Of a stretch of 61,649 nt of DNA, positions 1-9,582 are shown one piece after another. The notes under the pieces are model-generated. The model made no database searches. It worked only from the letters and a program-made list of their open reading frames with translations, and was not told where the DNA came from. The stretch spans positions 1-61,649 of the forward strand of contig CALXPB010000002.1 in assembly GCA_944390225.1 (NCBI GenBank), in the 5' to 3' direction. The position numbers were made by a program, and so were the translations under genes. Numbering within the stretch: position 1 is the stretch's first letter; each line of letters opens with the position of its first letter. This DNA comes from an uncultured Alphaproteobacteria bacterium (GTDB lineage: Bacteria > Pseudomonadota > Alphaproteobacteria > Rs-D84).

Positions 1-77
1 CTGCTTCACCCGTTCGACTTGCATGCCTAAGACCTGCCGCCAGCGTTCGTTCTGAGCCAGGATCAAACTCTCAAGTT
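1..77 (-). rRNA. rrs: 16S rRNA, 5' end (partial; continues beyond left edge)
   Basis: Reverse complement reads AACTTGAGAGTTTGATCCTGGCTCAGAACGAACGCTGGCGGCAGG...CATGCAAGTCGAAC: perfect 27F site and proteobacterial 16S start. Exact mature 5' end is approximate. Confidence 0.98.
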
Positions 78-436
78 CTAAAAAAAACTTGTTAGAAAGC
101 CCCGTGCATATTAAACAAAGCTGACTTTAATCAGTTCGTCTTTACATATATTATTCGCAAGACAAGTTTTAACGAGGTTCTACTTTTTGTAAACCTACTA
201 CCTGTCTAGGATATGCACTTTTGACTTAGTCAAAGTTTGGATATTTCCAAATTCAACTGTCTGCATATCTCTTCTTGAACAGATTCTTGAATTGTTCAAA
301 AATCTTTTGATGAGCTGCTTTTATTCACAATGTTTGCGTAATTAACAAGAACCCGATTCTTATGGTCGTTCCGTTAACCGCAGAATTTCAGGGGTTGAGA
401 GTGTTTTGTAAGCGTTCCCAACTTGAAAGCCCGTAT

Positions 437-465
437 AGTATGCTCGCATTCTTTAAAAAAGTCAA
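437..465 (-). promoter_or_regulatory. sigma70-type rRNA operon promoter
   Basis: Minus strand TTGACT (465-460) - 17 bp - CATACT (442-437), with A/T tracts upstream resembling an UP element, about 360 nt ahead of the 16S gene. Confidence 0.8.
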
Positions 466-658
466 GCGTTTTTTCAAAAGCATTTTTTATTTTTTCCGTT
501 CAATATTTAAAAAGCCCAAAAAACTGGACTTTTTCGTTTTTACACCATTTTTTTGTTTCTTCTTTTTTCGTACAAAAAACGATTCGGAAAAAAACTTTTA
601 CTCGATTCGTTTCTATAAATTTACACAAAAATACCGATTCGTACGCCTTTATCTGCAC

Positions 659-1615
659 CTAAAAGCGATACATAAAACCAATCTTTACCATAGGATAAAA
701 CTTTAATTTATCTAACTCGTCCTGAGCGTCTGCCAGCGCATCGTGCTTTGCTTGTTCAAATTCTGCAAGACCCGTTAATTCTACATTCTCCCAAGTACCT
801 GTATTATTATTCCATTTATAAAGATTATTAACCGGCAGATCCAAGCCTAGTTGTGCGGTCTTATTAGTAAACACAACACCTGCATCCAAATATATCTTAA
901 ATCCGGCAAACAGCCCCCAATCAAAACCTGCCCCAAGATAAGGTCCGCGGTAATTCCAATCTGCTTTTGCGGTTCCATGAATTTGATTTCCTATATACTT
1001 ATATTCTATACCGTTTAATTCAAATGCGAACTCGGAATCTGGCAATCCGTCTACATTACCCGTCAAATTTGCATCCATACTTAAATCACCGAAATAGTAT
1101 CCTCCAGATACCCTAAATCCCCCCAAGAACCAAGTATTACCAAACGGGTAAAAATCTATCAAAGCAGCAAAACTTTGCGCTTTTATAGAACCGTCTTTTA
1201 CGGTTAAACCGTCTCCTATACTGACTCCATCATCTCCCATAATAGAATCTATACCAGAATTTATAACGGACTTTATAGGTGATGTGCTTGAAAAATCGAA
1301 ACGCACTCCAAATCTTTTCAACCAGAACGAATCGAAGTTTTTATTTGCATATCCAACAAAGCCGTTTAATCCACTTGTTGCGGAAACGCCGACCCCCAGT
1401 TGCAAACCGTGCGGGAACTTAACCTTGGGGTTAGTTTGTTTTTTTTCTGGTTCAGCCGAAGGTTCGTTGACTATTTTTTCTGTGGTTGTCTTTTTCGGTG
1501 CGGTTTCCTCAACAACCTCTTCTGGTAAAAGTTTTTCTTCAGAGACATCGGTATTTTCAGCAAACGCAGGCATTGTAAGTACTGCAAGCGTGGCAAAAAC
1601 AGAAATTTTTTTCAT
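659..1615 (-). CDS. Outer-membrane beta-barrel protein
   Basis: Sec signal (MKKISVF...AFA), acidic linker, Gly/aromatic amphipathic strands, C-terminal beta-signal KIGFMYRF. Confidence 0.75.
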   Translation of the reverse strand: MKKISVFATLAVLTMPAFAENTDVSEEKLLPEEVVEETAPKKTTTEKIVNEPSAEPEKKQTNPKVKFPHGLQLGVGVSATSGLNGFVGYANKNFDSFWLKRFGVRFDFSSTSPIKSVINSGIDSIMGDDGVSIGDGLTVKDGSIKAQSFAALIDFYPFGNTWFLGGFRVSGGYYFGDLSMDANLTGNVDGLPDSEFAFELNGIEYKYIGNQIHGTAKADWNYRGPYLGAGFDWGLFAGFKIYLDAGVVFTNKTAQLGLDLPVNNLYKWNNNTGTWENVELTGLAEFEQAKHDALADAQDELDKLKFYPMVKIGFMYRF

Positions 1616-1744
1616 TTTTCTCCCATTTATAAATTAATTATTTCCTTCGCTATTAAATATAGCAAAACAGATAAAAAGAGCACAACTAAAAAAATCGTTA
1701 AATTTGTGTTCAAAACGTTGGTTTTTTGTGATATTATTCAAAGT

Positions 1745-3088
1745 ATGAAAAGCAGAATTCTTATTTTTTCGTCCCTGCTTAGTTTATGTGGGGCGTTGCC
1801 GGTACTTGCATCAGAATGTGTAGGTGCGGGCTGTGATGTTGAACCTATGAATATACCTACTGTTTCAGAGCCTACTGTTCTTGGGGCACCGCAAGTTATA
1901 TCGTACGATGCACCTGTTGCGACAGCGACAGATTATACGATTACAGACTATGCGATGACAGGATACGCACAGCCTGTTAAGCAGAACTATGCTATACAGC
2001 CTCCGATGCGAGAAGTTAAACTTTTATCGATAAAACCTGTACCGGCAGACAACCGTGCACCTGTCTGGGACGGGACGACCGGTGAATATGAAACGCGCGG
2101 GTTTGATAAAACAGTGGACTGGCGTGACGGGGTACCAATTTGGGACGATTCCATTTCAAGTTATAAATACAAAGACTTTACCGACTGGTTTTTGCAGCCG
2201 ATTCCAGAAATTTATATTCGCGAGGTAGACGAGGTTTCTACAACGCCTTATGCATATGGTTCAATGGCGCAAGAAAATTTTGATATAATGGGTTTATACC
2301 GCCAGAACATGGCAGATGCGGCGGCAACGCGGGCACGTGTAGAAAAGTTATTATCTCTGCAGGAACCGTCTGATAATATTTGGGGGTGTACCGACGAAGA
2401 AATTTCCGAACAAGTTGTTTTACCGGCACCGCGCCCAGAATACGTTGCCCAAGACTTAACCGAGGTTATAAATATAACTTTTGGTCGCGCAGACGGTTGC
2501 CCGTTTGAGTCTGAAACAGAATGCGAAATCTGGCGCAGAAAACCGATTGTTCGAGAAACAGTTTCTCCGCGCAGTCCTAAACTGCGGGCAGACAAAATGA
2601 TTGCGTTCATAAAAGCTGCGGCGTGCAATGAAAACATTACAGCAAACGAAAGCGTTTCCGCACCGTTATTAGAACGTTATAAAATTTTGATGAGTTCTGC
2701 ACAGGCATGTTGCACAGACGGGATGGCTTACGCGCTTAAAAAAGCGGGGGCGTCTGACGGTTTAGTGTATAAATTTTTGGCGGACGACGCGAACTTTTAT
2801 GGTTTTGGTACGCGTTGCCTTATGACAACGGACAAGGAGTTAGATACAAAATACCCCAATACTGCAACAGCATCTGTTGTTGCAGACGTAAGGAACGGTT
2901 GTCTGTGTCGTGGTCGTCAATGGTTTGAAGCAATGCTGGCACCGTTTAAGGAACTTTATAAAACCATGCCAGAATTCAAAGATTACAAGTTTAATTACAC
3001 ATATACAGACGGTCTGCAACGTGAAATAACGGTATCGGTAAATACAGACGTTCAGAACGTTCTGAATCAGTTGGCTTTATGTCCGTAA
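1745..3088 (+). CDS. Secreted hypothetical protein with Cys-rich C-terminal domain
   Basis: ATG at 1745 gives signal peptide MKSRILIF...PVLA. Pro/Thr-rich N-half; C-half has CC, CxC and paired Cys. No recognised family. Confidence 0.75.
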   Translation: MKSRILIFSSLLSLCGALPVLASECVGAGCDVEPMNIPTVSEPTVLGAPQVISYDAPVATATDYTITDYAMTGYAQPVKQNYAIQPPMREVKLLSIKPVPADNRAPVWDGTTGEYETRGFDKTVDWRDGVPIWDDSISSYKYKDFTDWFLQPIPEIYIREVDEVSTTPYAYGSMAQENFDIMGLYRQNMADAAATRARVEKLLSLQEPSDNIWGCTDEEISEQVVLPAPRPEYVAQDLTEVINITFGRADGCPFESETECEIWRRKPIVRETVSPRSPKLRADKMIAFIKAAACNENITANESVSAPLLERYKILMSSAQACCTDGMAYALKKAGASDGLVYKFLADDANFYGFGTRCLMTTDKELDTKYPNTATASVVADVRNGCLCRGRQWFEAMLAPFKELYKTMPEFKDYKFNYTYTDGLQREITVSVNTDVQNVLNQLALCP

Positions 3089-3137
3089 GAAGACATGGGA
3101 GAGAGAGCGTCTAAACAACGTTTAGGAAAAGCCAAAG

Positions 3138-3169
3138 AAACACCCCAAATCAACCTTGGGGTGTTTTTT
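3138..3169 (+). terminator. Intrinsic terminator
   Basis: AAACACCCCAA-loop-TTGGGGTGTTT followed by a T-run after the 1745-3088 gene. Confidence 0.75.
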
Positions 3170-3181
3170 ATAAACATAGGT

Positions 3182-3210
3182 AAAAAGAAACGCGCCTATG
3201 CGCGTTTCTT
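3182..3210 (-). terminator. Intrinsic terminator
   Basis: AAGAAACGCGC-CTAT-GCGCGTTTCTT hairpin with minus-strand T-run, directly after the 3209 stop. Confidence 0.7.
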
Positions 3211-3982
3211 ATATTTGTTGCGGCCCAGTAGTATTTTGTCGCGATTTATTCTGCTGGTTTTCTATTGCCTGCATAACCGCAATATTTAATGCGTACGCAC
3301 AATTATTAACAGAATCGCGTTGTGCCGTTAAATTAGTGCAAGGCTCTGGCTTTGTATACTTATTGCTATCAGTATCATAAACAACCCCACTGATTGAATA
3401 CGCGCTTGCAAATTCTAAATCTTTCTGCAACTGACGATATGCTTCGCCGATATTGCCTGTGCTTACCGCCTGTAAAACGATACGAATATTATTCTGTATG
3501 CAAGACAAACCATCTGATGTACTGGACTTCAACAAGCAATTTTCTGCACCTAACAAAACTACATTTCTATCACTAGAAGCAGAACTACTCGATGAAGAAG
3601 AACTTGGGGCACCCGCTGCCTCTAATTGTGCTGTCAAAACTGCTTTTTGTAATTGAGTCTTAAAACGGCTTATTGTCGCCTCTAAAAAGTCATATTGCTT
3701 CTTTAACTGCTGCGTCATTATAGTTGTCTTTAACGCGACCACATCACGCATTAATTGTTTATCAGAATCATTAGTCGGATTAGATACCAACCCAATATTA
3801 TAAACGTGTGTACTGCATAATGCCAATTCTGGCGTTATACGGTCATTATTATCATCACCGCAACCATTATCTGTTGCAGAATAAGCAGGTAACGCAAACA
3901 TCAATGTACTAATCACGCCGCCAAAAGCAATCGCGCGCCCTGCACCAGAAAATACAGAAAAGATGTTTTTTATTGATTTCAT
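3209..3982 (-). CDS. Secreted helical hypothetical protein
   Basis: Signal-like N-terminus ending AYS-A, coiled-coil segment, poly-Ser linker, 6 Cys. ATGA overlap with the upstream gene. Confidence 0.75.
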   Translation of the reverse strand: MKSIKNIFSVFSGAGRAIAFGGVISTLMFALPAYSATDNGCGDDNNDRITPELALCSTHVYNIGLVSNPTNDSDKQLMRDVVALKTTIMTQQLKKQYDFLEATISRFKTQLQKAVLTAQLEAAGAPSSSSSSSSASSDRNVVLLGAENCLLKSSTSDGLSCIQNNIRIVLQAVSTGNIGEAYRQLQKDLEFASAYSISGVVYDTDSNKYTKPEPCTNLTAQRDSVNNCAYALNIAVMQAIENQQNKSRQNTTGPQQI

Positions 3983-6138
3983 TTACCAAATATCCCGCCT
4001 AATAAACTTGTAGAACCTCCTGAAAAAAACGAGTTCTTTATAACACCGTTTTCACATTTATAGCCCATATTATACGCCAAAGTTTTCAAACCACACATAC
4101 ATTCATCACCAATCATTGTACCACCAGCAGATTCACATAATCCCCTATCAAAATCCCAACTACGTGAAATCTCTGTCGTATTTATTACGGAAGAACTGCT
4201 TTCTTTCGCTGTCATGATTTCACAGGCAGATTTTTTTACAGAATCATTTATTTTGCTGCAATCACAAGTTAAAGAACTGCTGTTCCAACTTGCTCCATCT
4301 TCAACATAATCTTCACAAAATTTTTTTCTAAAACCACCATCGTCTAAATATGTGAAATACCTGGCATCTTCTGCTGATTCACCTTTTGAATTTACACACA
4401 TAGCACGATCATAATCAAATATAGTATATTCTGTACTACCTGGGCAAGTGCATTCACCTTCGCCATTCTTGGCATCTTTTGCAGGCACCCACTGAGAATT
4501 CTTACTTAAACTATTATCACATATACATTTAAGGTAATTATATCCTTGTAAAGACGAACATCTCATTACCACACTTTGCGTGCTTGCACCAGTATCACCT
4601 TGGGCAATCTTACCGTCAGAAGTATATAATCTTTCTAAATCATCATCACGAACACATACTTTATCAGGCAATTGTTTTAAACTTGCATATTTCTGCAAAT
4701 CTTGGAAAGTTGTCGCATTTACTGCGCAATACTTTACACCATCTGGGTCTGCGCTTTTATTCTGTCCAAATTGATTACCACCAAATACAGCCGGTGCATC
4801 CTGTTCTATCATACGTTGCAAGACTTCTATGTCAATAGATGCCTGCTTCTTACGATTACGGAACAATGTAGAATTATCCAATGCTTCTGATGCGCAACCT
4901 ACGCGAACTTGTACACCATCAACCGTTCCCATTTCTGGATACAGCCAGTTTCTTTGTACCTCTTCCTCATCAGTTAACATTTTTATCAACTGACAACCAC
5001 CATCTGACATAGGTACAACCTGTCCAACTTCACACTGCGCACCGCCACGCACCGTACCTTCTGCAGTTGTGACAGATACAGACCTGCCGTTTACGCAATT
5101 TGTTCCATTATAATGCATAACCTGACCCGGTCCACACAAATACTGCCCCCATACGTTACACGTACCGTTTAACATCATATAAATATCTGTAATATCAACC
5201 CCAACAGATTGCGCCAAAATCAAAACATCATATAACTCATCTAAAACATTATTATATGGGTCAAAAAACTCCATTGCTTTTTGCTTAAAGGTCTTAACAC
5301 GCTTGGGCCCAGTACAATTATTCCCAGTTGTATCACATCCTGCATATTCAAATGCAGTATTCATTGCTGCTTTTACTTCCTTTAAAGCAACTTCCGCATT
5401 TTCTATTTTTGACAGAATCTGTCCAGAAATCTGTTCACGCGCAATAACATCCGCAGACACACCAGATTGTACGGCAACAGTCTGTGCCGGAGTCAAAGCA
5501 GAATTATTTGATGTCGTTGCGCTTACCGTTTGGGTTTGCTGTACCTGTTGTGCGCTATTGGCCTGTGCAATTACCTGTTCCGTTAACTGTTTCTGTTCTT
5601 CTAATGCGGCTTGCAGTTGAGCCGTCGTTTCAGCATTCTGCTGTTGCATCTGTGCCTGCAATTGTTGCATCTGATACTGCATTTGTTGCAATTGCAAATT
5701 ACTTTGTTGTGCCGACTCCTGTGCCGACGCCATCTGAGCATTTACCAATTGTTGATTTGCCTTGTTAACCGCAGAAGCAACCAACTGTGCGGCGATATAG
5801 TCTATTAAATCATCGCCATATTCCTTGCACGAAGCGTTTGATTCCACGCATCCGGCAACGATTGGTCGTGCGACATCCATCGTCGTGCACCCAGAACACT
5901 TTGGTTGTGCACAGCGCAATATTATTGAATTGCAGTTTCCGAAGTTTGCCGTCGGTGCATCCGCCGCCGTCTGAGACCGAGGATTCATATAACTGTTCCA
6001 GTTAGAGTTATTTATTGACCCAGATGTAGGGTTATAGGCGGTTAAATTACTGCCTGCGGTTGTTGCGACCGGCGCCGAAAAGGCGTCAGCAGTAATTAAT
6101 GCCAATGCGCACATAAAAAAACTTGATATAACTTTCAT
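3979..6138 (-). CDS. Large secreted Cys-rich protein with Gln-rich coiled coil
   Basis: Start at MKVISS (6138) gives a signal peptide; Q-rich coiled coil; many Cys including C-terminal CxC modules. Confidence 0.8.
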   Translation of the reverse strand: MKVISSFFMCALALITADAFSAPVATTAGSNLTAYNPTSGSINNSNWNSYMNPRSQTAADAPTANFGNCNSIILRCAQPKCSGCTTMDVARPIVAGCVESNASCKEYGDDLIDYIAAQLVASAVNKANQQLVNAQMASAQESAQQSNLQLQQMQYQMQQLQAQMQQQNAETTAQLQAALEEQKQLTEQVIAQANSAQQVQQTQTVSATTSNNSALTPAQTVAVQSGVSADVIAREQISGQILSKIENAEVALKEVKAAMNTAFEYAGCDTTGNNCTGPKRVKTFKQKAMEFFDPYNNVLDELYDVLILAQSVGVDITDIYMMLNGTCNVWGQYLCGPGQVMHYNGTNCVNGRSVSVTTAEGTVRGGAQCEVGQVVPMSDGGCQLIKMLTDEEEVQRNWLYPEMGTVDGVQVRVGCASEALDNSTLFRNRKKQASIDIEVLQRMIEQDAPAVFGGNQFGQNKSADPDGVKYCAVNATTFQDLQKYASLKQLPDKVCVRDDDLERLYTSDGKIAQGDTGASTQSVVMRCSSLQGYNYLKCICDNSLSKNSQWVPAKDAKNGEGECTCPGSTEYTIFDYDRAMCVNSKGESAEDARYFTYLDDGGFRKKFCEDYVEDGASWNSSSLTCDCSKINDSVKKSACEIMTAKESSSSVINTTEISRSWDFDRGLCESAGGTMIGDECMCGLKTLAYNMGYKCENGVIKNSFFSGGSTSLLGGIFGK

Positions 6139-6223
6139 ATTCTCTCTTAGACTTAATTTTAGCATAAAAAAAACACTGTGAAAAGATAAAAATCAATGAT
6201 AACGAATAAAAAATTAACAGAAT

Positions 6224-6249
6224 AAAAAACGCCCAAAAGGGCGTTTTTT
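6224..6249 (-). terminator. Intrinsic terminator
   Basis: AAAAAACGCCC-AAAA-GGGCGTTTTTT at the stop of the 6248 gene. Confidence 0.75.
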
Positions 6250-9200
6250 ATTCAATAGATATACTGATATATTCACCGTATGTGCCAAGATCCTCTTCGC
6301 CCAAATAGCAGTGTATTTTATCACCGACGTTGGACATCCATTCTTCATAAGCCTGTTTTTCTTCAGCAGACAAACTGGAATCTTGGATATTTTTTGTCAG
6401 ACGGTTGATAATAATACCACCCGCAGCAGCAGAAATTCCCGCACCAACTAAATTTGTGATGGCACGTTTACGGCTTGTCTTGTTTTCAACATCGCCATTA
6501 TCAACTGCACTATCAACCAAAAGTTTCAACGAAGTAAATTGTTCGTTGGCTTCGTTCTTGTATGCCGTCATACTACCCTCATTTACAGCGGTTTCTAATT
6601 CAGATTTTTTTTCTTCTAATTCTCCTATTTCTTTTTCTAATTTTTCGCAGTCTGTTTTTGCGGAACCTGTTAGGGCGGTACAGGCATCTTGATTATTGTC
6701 TTTCAACAACTTTTGTTTTTTGTCTTTTGCTTCCTGTATATCTTCATTTATCTTAGAAATATCTTTCGAATTATCTAACACAGTTTTTTCCAGAGCCTCT
6801 TTGGCGGCTTTTATCGTTTTGTTATCTACATCTACTTGCTCGGCCAAATCTAACATTCCCTGTCCATACCCATACGCAGTAGCGGCATTAGATTCTTCTG
6901 TATATGCACCCAACAGCTTAGCATATTGAGTCTTTATATTTTGGCTATTTGTCTGTTTGTTCGTTCCCAATAAACCACCCAATAAATCTCCGTCTTGCAA
7001 TTTGTCGGTTAAGAATCCACCACCAACCCCAGAACCTATTGTACCAAGTATCGTTAACCATGTACGAGTGTTTTTCTGGGATTCTGCTTTATCTGCAACA
7101 GAACTTGCTGCAACCGATGTAGCAATATTTTCTAATTCTTCTTTCGGTATCCAACTGCCACATGTAAATGTATCGCCAGTCGCAAAGTATGCAGTCGAAT
7201 ACTCCTTTAACTTCTCTTGAATATCTTTATCGGCAGACTGCAACGTGATACGCACACGACAGAAAGAACCATATATATCATTACTTGCAACAAAATCTGT
7301 CGTTTTTAATCCTGATACAGAATAGTCACTTGGTATCTTGTTGTTCTTTAACTTTACCCACATAAATGAACTGCCCAAATCACTACTACTCATGATACCG
7401 CCAGAATTCGCAGCCATACACATATTCTGCTGATATGTCAATTTAGCGTTATACTTTGCCTGCGCTTCCTTTTCCAGATCATATAATAAAGATTCAAACA
7501 ATGTTTTTGCACCTTGCTCTTGGGCGTATGTATAAAAATCAATCGTTACAGGTTCGTCAAAAACGTCGCCATCCGGTGATGTAGTATCACAAATACCCTG
7601 AACACCTACACTATTTTTACACAAGTAATTTCCATTATCATCTTTAACATACACGGTGTTTTCAATGGTTTCAGATACGTTCGTTGCATCACCACTGCCC
7701 AACCAAGCATCACGAACGGTTGAAGAATCACCCCAAACGTCATCTTTATTATTTGCCATTTCATAACTAACTTTTTGGGTTTCTATCGCCAAATGGTCTG
7801 AACAGGTACTGGCAGTCTTTACAGTATCCAAACATAAACCCAATATAATAGTATAATCTAAAACTCCACCAACCTTGTTCATGCTTTTATCAAAGGTTGT
7901 AGACCCCGAATTAGTTAAAGAAGAATAAACATCTGTACGATTGCGATAACAATTCTCATAATCTGTACCGCAATTCGTTTTTACGCAACTTGTAATGGTT
8001 GCTTGACACTGCTTTTTCTTTTGCGCCAATGCCGCATCATTGAAACTGGTTGACAAGGACGCATTTAACCGTGCTATAACACCAATCGGGTCGTTATTAG
8101 GATCAGACGCCTTATATTCTGGGAACAATGTATCAAACGCCGTTTCATCCAGATAAGTGTATGAATACATACCATCGTCTGTAAGACTGCTGGCGGCATA
8201 TTTACAATTTGCGTCCGTATTAACAACAGACAAACAACCTGTTTTAATTTCATTATATGGTATACCATTGTTTATTGTCTTAGTGGTGCTACCGAATACT
8301 GTGCTATAACATACCGCACCGATACCACCACCACATGTACTCATAGCACAATTCATAATCGTTTCTGCACAATTTGATTTTGCCTCTGTATCAAATTCGT
8401 CTATCATTTCATCAATTTTTGCGCGCAAAGAATTATTCATACGTGAAGAATAAGCCTCGGAATAAACCATATCTTGATTGTTTTCATCGCGCAATTGCGA
8501 ATCCGTCGGCATAACCCCCTTACCCAAGAAGGTTGCATAACAGTATTTATTCGTACCGATTGTATCCAAACAAGAATTTCTTAGAAACGCAGAAACATCA
8601 CTTCTTGTATTTTGGTTTTGATAAGAAAAATCACCGCTTTTTGTTACAAGTAATTGATTATTTTCACTAAGCATCATATCTACAGAATCTACGATGTCTT
8701 TTGACGCCCCTTCCTTGCACTTAAAAGGATTCTTTTTACAAGCATTCAAGAAACAGTTATCAACAACCTTGTAACATGTAGAAACTGCGTTCACCGCAGC
8801 CAGCGCAGCCCCCTCGGAAATCATTATGCCAACGCGACTACTGCTGGTCGGATTTGCCGAAGTATTAGAAGTACCGAACAACTCTAACAAACCGTCATTC
8901 TGGCAACGCGCCAAAGTCGATTCACAGAATATTTTTTGAACCTTAAACTCTTTATTTGTAGTACATAATTCAAAATCTTGACCGCAAACATCGTCTTTCT
9001 TTAAACAATTGGTATAAGTTCTGACGCAACTGCTTGTATCAAGACGATTGTTTATTGCGGCCGCCTCTATCAACTGCCCCAATACACTGCCGTCTGTCGG
9101 ATATATATACTCGCCATCAGAGTCTTTGTTTGAAAACAAAGTTTGATTGCTTGTACCGAACAAAGAATTTATTCCAGAATCACTACATTGCATCAACGTG

Positions 9201-9493
9201 CTGGTGCACAAAGGTCTTTTAGAGAAAAACAAGGTCTTGTTAGTACAATCTACTAAACCAGAACCACAAACCCCGGAATCTTCCAGACAATCGGTATATG
9301 CCTCGATACATTCGGCATCCGCCAACAAAGAAGCAGTTGTTGTCGTAGTAGAGGCCGTCGTAGTATATGCCCTCATCGTCGGTATACGAGTTGACGCAGT
9401 ACCTACGATACTGGGACGCGCAGTTAACGCAAACGCCGCGGGAATAACCCCTAAAATTGCTATAAATCCGATTGTTTTTTTCAAAAGACTCAT
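6248..9493 (-). CDS. Very large secreted Cys-rich repeat protein with two C-terminal Gly-rich hydrophobic helices
   Basis: GGAG SD then MSLLKK signal peptide; repeated Cx6C..C motifs; coiled coil flanked by TWLTILGTIGSGVGGGF and NLVGAGISAAAGGIII. Confidence 0.85.
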   Translation of the reverse strand: MSLLKKTIGFIAILGVIPAAFALTARPSIVGTASTRIPTMRAYTTTASTTTTTASLLADAECIEAYTDCLEDSGVCGSGLVDCTNKTLFFSKRPLCTSTLMQCSDSGINSLFGTSNQTLFSNKDSDGEYIYPTDGSVLGQLIEAAAINNRLDTSSCVRTYTNCLKKDDVCGQDFELCTTNKEFKVQKIFCESTLARCQNDGLLELFGTSNTSANPTSSSRVGIMISEGAALAAVNAVSTCYKVVDNCFLNACKKNPFKCKEGASKDIVDSVDMMLSENNQLLVTKSGDFSYQNQNTRSDVSAFLRNSCLDTIGTNKYCYATFLGKGVMPTDSQLRDENNQDMVYSEAYSSRMNNSLRAKIDEMIDEFDTEAKSNCAETIMNCAMSTCGGGIGAVCYSTVFGSTTKTINNGIPYNEIKTGCLSVVNTDANCKYAASSLTDDGMYSYTYLDETAFDTLFPEYKASDPNNDPIGVIARLNASLSTSFNDAALAQKKKQCQATITSCVKTNCGTDYENCYRNRTDVYSSLTNSGSTTFDKSMNKVGGVLDYTIILGLCLDTVKTASTCSDHLAIETQKVSYEMANNKDDVWGDSSTVRDAWLGSGDATNVSETIENTVYVKDDNGNYLCKNSVGVQGICDTTSPDGDVFDEPVTIDFYTYAQEQGAKTLFESLLYDLEKEAQAKYNAKLTYQQNMCMAANSGGIMSSSDLGSSFMWVKLKNNKIPSDYSVSGLKTTDFVASNDIYGSFCRVRITLQSADKDIQEKLKEYSTAYFATGDTFTCGSWIPKEELENIATSVAASSVADKAESQKNTRTWLTILGTIGSGVGGGFLTDKLQDGDLLGGLLGTNKQTNSQNIKTQYAKLLGAYTEESNAATAYGYGQGMLDLAEQVDVDNKTIKAAKEALEKTVLDNSKDISKINEDIQEAKDKKQKLLKDNNQDACTALTGSAKTDCEKLEKEIGELEEKKSELETAVNEGSMTAYKNEANEQFTSLKLLVDSAVDNGDVENKTSRKRAITNLVGAGISAAAGGIIINRLTKNIQDSSLSAEEKQAYEEWMSNVGDKIHCYLGEEDLGTYGEYISISIE

Positions 9494-9582
9494 TAGACTC
9501 ACTCCATACTTATTAATCAAGTATATCATAGAATCAAATTTTTATAAAGAAAAAAAAAGGCTTTTCTTTGCTTTTTTTATTT

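Noticed and set aside
362-706. 114 aa and 79 aa plus-strand ORFs
   Set aside because: Phe/Lys-rich artefacts of A/T tracts overlapping the rRNA promoter on the opposite strand.
3089-3140. GGAGAGA...GCCAAAG resembling a glycine riboswitch
   Set aside because: No CUCUCAGG element, and it lies 3' of convergent genes with no downstream target.
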